IMG/VR virus record: IMGVR_UViG_2671180727_000007
Span: 1 to 14,631 of that record
Length of the DNA: 14,631 bases
Direction: 5' to 3' (one strand)
DNA from: a virus
Taxonomy: Duplodnaviria > Heunggongvirae > Uroviricota > Caudoviricetes
This document shows positions 7,196 through 14,631 of this stretch, one piece after another. A program made the translations under genes and the position numbers. The notes under the pieces were generated by a model that was given only the letters and a program-made list of their open reading frames with translations, did not search any database and was not told the DNA's origin. How positions within the stretch are numbered: the first letter of the stretch is position 1; the number at the start of each line of letters is the position of its first letter.

Positions 7196-7621
7196 ATGAC
7201 AGCTATTAAGAAACTCTACGATGCCGCAAACGTGGCTCTGGATGTTATTGATGATGAAGTAGCAAAAGGCTTTCCTGAACCTGATTGGGCGCATCAGCTA
7301 CGAAACGCTATCGCAGAAATGACCCCACCAGATCCAACCCCCGACGAGACAGACTGGCAGCGATTCATCCGTATGTACGCTCAGGAAATAGGTCCAACGC
7401 CAACGGCAGAGCAGGCAATGCTGCTGAAATACTTCAAAGAGGCGGGAGAGGATTTACCAATTGATGACTCAGCATATTGGTTCCACTGCGCATGGCGTAA
7501 GTATGACGTGATATTCACACAAGGCATGGGAAGCAAAGATATGGTTGTGTGGCATCTACTCCATATAGACACAGCCGTTGACAGAGTTATTGAACAGTTT
7601 TTCCCTAAACAAGAAGATTGA
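7196..7621 (+). CDS. Hypothetical acidic protein (141 aa)
   Basis: ORF with AGGA SD 8 nt upstream; Asp/Glu/Pro-rich; no recognisable family. Confidence 0.6.
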   Translation: MTAIKKLYDAANVALDVIDDEVAKGFPEPDWAHQLRNAIAEMTPPDPTPDETDWQRFIRMYAQEIGPTPTAEQAMLLKYFKEAGEDLPIDDSAYWFHCAWRKYDVIFTQGMGSKDMVVWHLLHIDTAVDRVIEQFFPKQED

Positions 7622-7676
7622 TCGCCTATTCATAACTAACAAAATAAGTAAACACTAACCACAAAAGGAAAAACAC

Positions 7677-7952
7677 ATGAGAGTTTTAGTTCGAATCGTT
7701 ACCAGCACTGTCTATGACGTGTTTCCGCTTTTTATGGTCAAAGCCGATGGCCTTAACGACGAAGAAACTGACGCGCTGATCCAGCGTATTCTCGTTGAAT
7801 ATACAGGTCATGACGCTGATTCAGTGATGGTTGATGATGATGGTGTTTGTTGGCATAACGGCAACTGTTGGTACGTAGAAGAGACTCAACAAATCAGTGA
7901 TGAAGATGCCGAACATCTTGAGCGTATTTTAAGCATCAGCACTTTTGAGTGA
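7677..7952 (+). CDS. Hypothetical highly acidic small protein (91 aa)
   Basis: ORF preceded by the conserved AAGGAAAAACACATG initiation context; roughly 24% Asp+Glu. Confidence 0.55.
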   Translation: MRVLVRIVTSTVYDVFPLFMVKADGLNDEETDALIQRILVEYTGHDADSVMVDDDGVCWHNGNCWYVEETQQISDEDAEHLERILSISTFE

Positions 7953-7991
7953 GTTTACAGTAAAATTTATATAAGTTAGTATCTACCTATC

Positions 7992-8171
7992 ATGAAGATT
8001 TTTATTGAATACTTGTTACTCATCGTTTCAATAGCTTTTGTCATCGACTGCATTTTCACTGGTGTCATTCGTAAAGTCTTTTCCCCGGTGCACGACGTAG
8101 TCATAAACGCTTTGGCTATCGTGCTCGTATTTAATTCAGCATTTGATGTAATCAAAGAGGTGGCAGCATGA
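7992..8171 (+). CDS. Putative small hydrophobic membrane protein (59 aa), below the ORF-track size cut-off
   Basis: My own translation: MKIFIEYLLLIVSIAFVIDCIFTGVIRKVFSPVHDVVINALAIVLVFNSAFDVIKEVAA; stop overlaps the next ATG (ATGA). No clear SD. Confidence 0.4.
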   Translation: MKIFIEYLLLIVSIAFVIDCIFTGVIRKVFSPVHDVVINALAIVLVFNSAFDVIKEVAA

Positions 8172-8503
8172 AGGCCATCCCATTCGCGCTGTTGTTCCTT
8201 TCTTCGATCGTTGTGGCCGACACCACTGTTTATCAGTGTGAAATGTCTGTAGCCGACGTTAAGAATGGCGCTCTTACCGACGTCATAAAAGCACCATATG
8301 GAGCGATGGTCGTAGACAGCGGCGACCAGTTCTATGTTGTGCGTGACGATCGAGTGTTGTCATCCCCATATCTCACAAATCGTAATGGCAAATTAACCGG
8401 CGTCGGAGAAGACCACTTCGTATACAACAAATACAAGGGCTTCTATGGCGTTCACGCTTCTCAGCAAAGCTACCTTTTCGATGACTGCAAGGAGGTTGGA
8501 TAA
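8168..8503 (+). CDS. Hypothetical secreted protein (111 aa) with N-terminal signal peptide
   Basis: MKAIPFALLFLSSIVVA-DTT has a signal-peptide profile; GAGG SD upstream. Confidence 0.6.
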   Translation: MKAIPFALLFLSSIVVADTTVYQCEMSVADVKNGALTDVIKAPYGAMVVDSGDQFYVVRDDRVLSSPYLTNRNGKLTGVGEDHFVYNKYKGFYGVHASQQSYLFDDCKEVG

Positions 8504-8715
8504 TGGCATTAACACTGGCAGGTCTGGAAATCGAGAAAACAAGCGGCTACTGGCGTGCTAAGGGTTTCAAGCAGCCTGGCATTCTTGAGCGTCTGGAACG
8601 TGAAGATGGGTATATCGTCCACCAGCGGCGTGAATGGCGTATGTACGATCCAGAAACAGGAAAACTGACTACAAAAGCCGGAACACTTTGGGGTCTGTTG
8701 AAGAAAATACACTAA
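8503..8715 (+). CDS. Hypothetical protein (70 aa), translationally coupled
   Basis: ATG overlaps the previous stop (TAATG); AGGAGG SD 9 nt upstream. Confidence 0.5.
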   Translation: MALTLAGLEIEKTSGYWRAKGFKQPGILERLEREDGYIVHQRREWRMYDPETGKLTTKAGTLWGLLKKIH

Positions 8716-8722
8716 TAGCACC

Positions 8723-9205
8723 AACCACTGCGGTGAGTAGTCTACTCACCGCATTCGTATCCAGCTCATTATCCACTGTAGTCAGTAACAAAACCTTCCT
8801 ACATATCTGCTAACCACTGTAGCGAGTAGACAGCCTTTCATTCGCATCAAACAACCACTATGGTGAGTATTGGAGTGAGATGTCCAGCGGGTATCCACTA
8901 TGGTGAGTAAGCCTTTGCTGTTTTCAGTGGATATCCACTCGCCACAGTGGATACGCTCAAAGATGAGGGCGACAACAACCACTATAGACAGTAAATTTTC
9001 CAAGATACCCAGTGACCACTAACCTCGCAGCCCTTGTTTCATCAGTGTTAGTGATCACTAACATTTAATTCAGTATTTGCATTCTACTGCCTACAGTGGT
9101 TATCAACAGATAACGATACTCACTATAGTGGATAGCGAATTACAGATATAAGTAAGGCTCACTACAGTGGATAGTGAGCCTTACTACTAACTACAGTGGT
9201 TGGGC
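8723..9205. repeat. Iteron array downstream of repA (incA-like control locus): about 8 copies of core AACCACTNTRGTGAGTA at ~40-bp spacing, then 4 copies in the opposite orientation (CTAYAGTGGWT), around a 16-bp perfect palindrome GTTAGTGATCACTAAC (9047..9062)
   Basis: CCACT cores at 8725, 8773, 8814, 8856, 8895, 8935, 8979, 9016; AGTGG cores at 9095, 9127, 9166, 9195; the same core as the upstream iterons. Confidence 0.8.
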
Positions 9206-10260
9206 TATTTGCGAGTCTTTGCCTTGCGCAACTCTTCGAGAAGCGCCAGTTCTTCTTTACTCAACATGACCATTTTGCCTTCTTTTTCGTCAGGCACAAC
9301 GTCGATAATGTCATCTTGATTCTCATCTGGGAGGCTATATTCCGTCTCATCATTATCGATTTTTGTTGATATTTGTGCCTGGCGTAACTTTGGCCGCCTA
9401 TAGTGGATGACGAAGTAGACCGAGTTTCCGCGCTTAACTTCCGTGTAATCGAGATATCCTATCTCTCGCAGCTGTTCCATAGCCTTTCTTACCGTCGCAT
9501 TCTGAGTAATAGTGCGACTTGTCAGATTAAGTCTGGCGCGTAAACGGGCTAGTGATATTGGTGCCGGATCAGGCGGCAAACTTTCAATAAAAGTATAAAG
9601 CGCCTGAGCGGATTCTTTTCTTGAGAGTTCGTTTATAGCCCGGAGTTGCAGAAGAACCTTTTTGTCGAACTGGTAGAGTTCGAAAATCTTGGGATCTGCT
9701 TTCAGTTCGACCGTATCGTGCTTGACACTATATTTTGCCGTTTGCACAAGATGCGTTACGTAAAACTCATCAGAGCCTTTGCTACGGAACGAGATGGTAT
9801 TTGTGGCAATACGGCTTAGCGAACTGTCCAGGCGTTTGCGTAACTTCGCTGATGACCTGGCGGTCGGAATGCCACACAGCCTTACAAACTCAACGAACGG
9901 CAACGTGACAGTATCGCCAACGACCTTGTGTTTGGCAAACGCGTGGATTATTCCCACCCACGTTTTAAAGTCGTTATCCATATCAAGCCGAAGGCCAGAG
10001 ATCCTTATGTCTTCGTACCCTTCGGCTTTTGCCAGAGACAGCTGTTTGAGTTCAGCAGAGGCATCCATAGAGACCATTTGCCCCTTTCTTCCTCTGGATG
10101 TCGATTTCAGCGTCGGAACGAAGAGGCCCAGACGCATCAAAGCAACAGGCTGAACAGTGTTATTAGTGTTAGGAACCAACGTAACAACTTCGCCTGTCTT
10201 TTTATCTGTTTCTGAAAATGCTTCAACGATCGCTATGTTTTTATTGCCGTTTTCGCTCAT
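9205..10260 (-). CDS. repA: Iteron-binding plasmid replication initiator RepA (RepFIB/P1 RepA-like family)
   Basis: 351-aa ORF flanked by iteron arrays. N-terminal [17 protein letters not shown] and later blocks ([30 protein letters not shown]; [29 protein letters not shown]; IGYLDY) match my recollection of RepFIB/P1-type RepA; not verified by search. Confidence 0.85.
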   Translation of the reverse strand: MSENGNKNIAIVEAFSETDKKTGEVVTLVPNTNNTVQPVALMRLGLFVPTLKSTSRGRKGQMVSMDASAELKQLSLAKAEGYEDIRISGLRLDMDNDFKTWVGIIHAFAKHKVVGDTVTLPFVEFVRLCGIPTARSSAKLRKRLDSSLSRIATNTISFRSKGSDEFYVTHLVQTAKYSVKHDTVELKADPKIFELYQFDKKVLLQLRAINELSRKESAQALYTFIESLPPDPAPISLARLRARLNLTSRTITQNATVRKAMEQLREIGYLDYTEVKRGNSVYFVIHYRRPKLRQAQISTKIDNDETEYSLPDENQDDIIDVVPDEKEGKMVMLSKEELALLEELRKAKTRK

Positions 10261-10305
10261 TCCAAATGTCTCTTGTTATTCGACGGCTTTGGTGGCCTTT
10301 GCTGA

Positions 10306-10428
10306 TTACAGTGGATAGTAGCACTCATCACAGCGGTTATCCTACCGTCTATAGTGGTTTTTCTCCTCTCTATAGTGGTTGCTTTGCTCCCTATAGTGGA
10401 TTATTCGCTCTCTATAGTGGATATCGAT
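10306..10428. repeat. Origin-proximal iteron array: six tandem ~21-bp direct repeats (consensus CTCTATAGTGGWT...)
   Basis: TATAGTGG at 10350, 10371, 10392, 10413 (exact 21-bp period), plus ACAGTGG at 10308 and ACAGCGG at 10331. Confidence 0.85.
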
Positions 10429-10470
10429 CATGTCTGAAGGCAGATGGCACAACGGTTTGAGGTGGGCGGG

Positions 10471-10520
10471 GATCTTATTGGGTCTTTATGGGTCTCTTTG
10501 GTTCTCTTTGTGATCTGAAT
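10471..10520. repeat. Five tandem 10-bp repeats (GATCTTATTG / GGTCTTTATG / GGTCTCTTTG / GTTCTCTTTG / TGATCTGAAT), DUE/13-mer-like, only two retaining GATC
   Basis: Exact 10-bp periodicity visible directly in the sequence. Confidence 0.7.
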
Positions 10521-10534
10521 TACTGGATCGGGCC

Positions 10535-10590
10535 TGTGGATAAAAATCAGAGAATTTCAAGAACAGGTAACTCTACTCTTCTGTGGATAT
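10535..10590. promoter_or_regulatory. DnaA boxes: TGTGGATAA (10535..10543, perfect consensus) and TGTGGATAT (10582..10590, 8/9)
   Basis: Match to the DnaA box consensus TTATCCACA / TGTGGATAA; further 8/9 matches at 10677..10685 (TTATCCATA) and 10908..10916 (AGTGGATAA). Confidence 0.7.
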
Positions 10591-10699
10591 TTAAGGACAT
10601 AAGAATCATGACTAAGAGTAGAGTTTAAAATATATCTATGTATATCAGTATGTTAATGAAGAATTAAGTCATTAAGTTATCCATAAAAGACAATGTGCT

Positions 10700-10810
10700 C
10701 TACTCTCTACAGTGGATATATACAGCTCTCCAGAGTGGTTGTTTTACTCTTCATAGCGGTTATTCAGCTCTCTACAGAGGTTTCTTTGCTCTCCATAGTG
10801 GATGGCAACA
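10700..10810. repeat. Second iteron array: five ~21-bp direct repeats, more degenerate
   Basis: CTCTACAGTGGATATATACAG, CTCTCCAGAGTGGTTGTTTTAC, TCTTCATAGCGGTTATTCAG, CTCTCTACAGAGGTTTCTTTG, CTCTCCATAGTGGATGGCAAC. Confidence 0.75.
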
Positions 10811-10848
10811 CCCTTTCAGACCAGTAACCGCAACGGCTAGAGGCGATC

Positions 10849-10910
10849 GGGGATCTCTTTGGATCTTCTATTTGATCTTACTTGGGATCTCTTATTTGGA
10901 TCTATCCAGT
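10849..10910. repeat. GATC-rich 11-13-bp repeats resembling oriC 13-mers (GATCTnTTnTTTT): five GATC sites
   Basis: GATC at 10852, 10862, 10874, 10886, 10899 within GATCTCTTTGG, GATCTTCTATTT, GATCTTACTTGG, GATCTCTTATTTG, GATCTATCC; followed by a DnaA-box-like palindrome TATCCAGTGGATA. Confidence 0.7.
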
Positions 10911-11003
10911 GGATAACTGGGATAAGTAAAACAGGCAAATGCAGATTAAGGTATGCCTAATGAGTTATCGTAGCATCGGCCAATAACTACTGAAAAAACG
11001 ATT

Positions 11004-11648
11004 ATGGATCTAAAACGCACGCGCTGGGTTCGTCGTCTTGAGGACGGCTCCTACACTATCGAATCAAATTCCAACCTGAATAAGCAGAAGTTACTTTGTG
11101 ATATCTGCGGTATAGCGGCGAAGTGCCCGATCTACGAAACCAGAATTAAACTTGATAAGGCTGGTGTGAACTTTCATTTGAATAGTTGTATCAGGTACGT
11201 TCCATTGCTCGCATTTCGTAAACCGATCATCGGATTGGATGCGCCCTACTTCAACACACTCCGTTCAGGGGTAACGTGGCGAGATCGTTTATCACCAGAC
11301 AAGCTGATTTGCCTCGTATCCGCAGACACAGGGAAAATCATCCGTTTTGGGAAAGTAGACAAGGTTTACTCAGGCCCAGTTGACGAGATGTTGCGGAAAC
11401 ACAGCCGGTTTAATCACCTCTGCATGGGTGGTGAGAAAATCGAGAAGGTTGAAGAAGTGATCCGCAAATCCTACGGACACTTCCTGACCAAAGATAGCCT
11501 GCTCACTGCAATCTACATCAGACATGTAAAACGTGAGTTCGACCTTGAATACCATAGCGAAGAAGAACTGAACCTTGTCGATCCACGTCCTAAAGCTGGC
11601 GTCATAAGCATAAATGCAGCGCGTAAAAAGCCCACTGACGCGCTGTAA
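11004..11648 (+). CDS. Hypothetical protein (214 aa) with an N-terminal Cys cluster (CDICGIAAKC)
   Basis: Long ORF, weak SD; no family recognised. Confidence 0.5.
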   Translation: MDLKRTRWVRRLEDGSYTIESNSNLNKQKLLCDICGIAAKCPIYETRIKLDKAGVNFHLNSCIRYVPLLAFRKPIIGLDAPYFNTLRSGVTWRDRLSPDKLICLVSADTGKIIRFGKVDKVYSGPVDEMLRKHSRFNHLCMGGEKIEKVEEVIRKSYGHFLTKDSLLTAIYIRHVKREFDLEYHSEEELNLVDPRPKAGVISINAARKKPTDAL

Positions 11649-11903
11649 CCCTCCAGATCGTATATTGGCGTAGATAGAATCTACGCCCCCCTCAAAATAG
11701 CTCTCATAGCGTTCTACAGTGATCCTGTCTTATTTTTAGTCATACAGACAAGCAAAGTTGCGCCACGATAAATAGGTATATACTTACTTATAAATTTTGT
11801 ATATTAAGGCGCTCGTTTCATTCCTAACATACCGTTATGCATAGTTGTTTACCTCCTCATTGCTCTTAGAATTTGTATCAAAATAACCACAAAGGAAAAA
11901 CAC

Positions 11904-12989
11904 ATGACTTTGCCATACGGCGTCATTTCTGACTGCCACTACCACAAATGGGATGCGTTCTCCACGACGAACGCTGAGGGGCTTAACTCCAGACTTGAAA
12001 TACAGTTGGAAGCAACGAAAGAAGCAGCCATCGCCATGAAGAAGGCCGGTTGTAAGTACATGTTGGTTGCCGGTGATACATTTCACGTCCGAGGAACTGT
12101 GTCCCCTTCTGTTTTGCATTACGTAACTGAAACGTACAAGTGGATTATCAACGAGCTTGATCTGACAGTAGTAATGCTGGCCGGTAATCACGATCTTGAA
12201 ACCAACGATTCAGTATATAGCGCCAACGCAGCAGCATCGCTGAGTTCTATCGGCGTGGTAATCGTATGTGGCAAGCGCCCACACTCAATAAAAATTGGCG
12301 ATGTGACTGTCCACCTGATTAGCTGGCGTAACAATCATGCGGAGCTTATCAGCGATCTGAAAGCATTACGTAAGAGCGTAGAAGGTGATAATCATGACGT
12401 TGTTATCCATACATCCATTAACAAAGCCATTCCAACAATGCCTGACGTCGGTATCGATGCGCAGGAGTTAAAGGATATCGGCTTTCGTCTCGTGCTTAGT
12501 GGGCATTACCACAACCACAAAGAGGTCATTCCTGGAGTTATCAGTGTCGGTGCACTGACTCATCAAAATTGGGGAGATGTTGGATCTCTGGCTGGCTACA
12601 TGATCGTAAACCCGGACGGCAGTTTCAGTCACTACGAAACCAGTGCGCCTAAATTCATTAACCTGGAAGATGATGTTGCTGATGACCAAATTCGCGGCAA
12701 CTACGTGCGTTTCCGCGCCGTAATTGAGAACGATGAAGAAGGCATTAAGTACCAGAACATCCTCAAAACAATGGGTGCAAAAGGTGTCGTGTGCAACTTC
12801 ATCCGTAAGTCATCAATGATGGAAGGTACAGCCAGCACAACTGAAACCAGCAAAATCGATAGCCTGGGAGAGTCGGTATCTGCTTATTGCAAGATTGTCC
12901 ACGATACTGACGGCGGATTTGATCTGAGCAAATTGGATATTTTGTGTCAGGAAATCCTCACCGAAGCGGAGAGTTCGGAGGCTGTGTGA
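11904..12989 (+). CDS. sbcD: Mre11/SbcD-like calcineurin-type phosphoesterase nuclease (T4 gp47-like)
   Basis: Metallophosphatase motifs in order: SDCHYH (D-x-H), AGDTFH (GD), LAGNHD (GNHD), SGHYHNH (GH-x-H); preceded by the AAGGAAAAACACATG initiation context. Confidence 0.85.
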   Translation: MTLPYGVISDCHYHKWDAFSTTNAEGLNSRLEIQLEATKEAAIAMKKAGCKYMLVAGDTFHVRGTVSPSVLHYVTETYKWIINELDLTVVMLAGNHDLETNDSVYSANAAASLSSIGVVIVCGKRPHSIKIGDVTVHLISWRNNHAELISDLKALRKSVEGDNHDVVIHTSINKAIPTMPDVGIDAQELKDIGFRLVLSGHYHNHKEVIPGVISVGALTHQNWGDVGSLAGYMIVNPDGSFSHYETSAPKFINLEDDVADDQIRGNYVRFRAVIENDEEGIKYQNILKTMGAKGVVCNFIRKSSMMEGTASTTETSKIDSLGESVSAYCKIVHDTDGGFDLSKLDILCQEILTEAESSEAV

Positions 12990-13218
12990 AGCAAAGTCGT
13001 TATGGGAGCTTTCGAGACTTTGCCATCACGATGAAAAGACTTGAACGAGGCCAGACGGTGATGTTTCACAAGCCCTACCCGCCACAAGGAAATCCCGTAG
13101 CGTTTTATCTTGGAAGGTTAACAAGAAAAGGCGTATTGAGGCGCAGATCCTTCCCGGCGCATACGGAGTTCAGATTGAAAGAAGGCCAAAAGCTAACACG
13201 CGGTATCAGAGGTGTTAT

Positions 13219-13222
<4 letters not shown>
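12986..13222 (+). CDS. Small, highly basic hypothetical protein (78 aa) coupled between the sbcD-like and sbcC-like genes
   Basis: GTG at 12986 overlaps the sbcD stop (GTGA) with GGAGG 5 nt upstream; its stop overlaps the sbcC ATG (ATGA). About 18 Lys/Arg against 4 Asp/Glu. The track's 92-aa form starts inside sbcD. Confidence 0.5.

Positions 13223-14631
<1,409 letters not shown>

Noticed and set aside
6123-7572. ORFs 6123..6443 (-), 6878..7066 (+), 7381..7572 (-)
   Set aside because: Overlap the membrane/SPFH genes or the 141-aa gene in other frames; no RBS.
8509-9003. Minus-strand ORFs 8509..8724 and 8782..9003
   Set aside because: The first is antisense to the coupled 70-aa gene; the second is translated through the iteron array and is repeat-derived.
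9779-10215. Plus-strand ORFs 9779..10153 and 9928..10215 inside repA
   Set aside because: Antisense to RepA, which has clear initiator-family similarity.
8723-10810. CRISPR array interpretation of the short direct repeats
   Set aside because: Repeats are about 21 bp and contiguous or irregularly spaced without unique spacers of constant length, occur in both orientations, flank a rep gene and co-occur with DnaA boxes; these are iterons.
10218-10916. Plus-strand ORFs 10218..10460 and 10695..10916
   Set aside because: Both are translations of the tandem 21-bp iterons (repetitive HSGY...LYSG peptides), not genes.
11370-12689. ORFs 11370..11555 (-), 11835..12191 (-), 12468..12689 (-)
   Set aside because: Antisense to the 214-aa ORF or to the SbcD-like gene; no supporting signals.
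12944-12985. ATG at 12944 as start of the small basic ORF
   Set aside because: It lies inside the sbcD coding sequence; the in-frame GTG at 12986 behind a GGAGG SD and overlapping the sbcD stop is the more plausible start.

Overview
The window reads as a mosaic accessory replicon, most consistent with an enterobacterial plasmid or phage-plasmid; nothing here was searched against a database, so all family calls rest on motifs I can read in the translations. Contents, left to right: (1) a CspA-family cold-shock gene on the minus strand with a cold-box-like long leader; (2) a divergent control region with a consensus sigma70 promoter and operator-like palindrome driving a two-gene minus-strand operon of unknown function; (3) a plus-strand T4-like recombination/replication module: possible UvsY-like protein, gp32-like zinc SSB, RNase H/FEN 5'-3' exonuclease, RecA/UvsX-family recombinase, and further right Mre11/SbcD-like and Rad50/SbcC-like genes; (4) an SPFH (band-7) lipoprotein with a small 2-TM partner, followed by small acidic, membrane and secreted ORFs; (5) an iteron-type replicon: a RepA initiator (minus strand) with iteron arrays on both sides, DnaA boxes and GATC-rich short repeats, with the origin module apparently present twice in tandem. 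The whole window is bracketed by 95-bp perfect inverted repeats (4..98 and 14537..14631), each carrying a 21-bp palindrome; the right copy supplies the last 24 codons and stop of an SbcC-like ORF that lacks its C-terminal ATPase lobe. No integrase, transposase, tRNA, rRNA or CRISPR array was seen.
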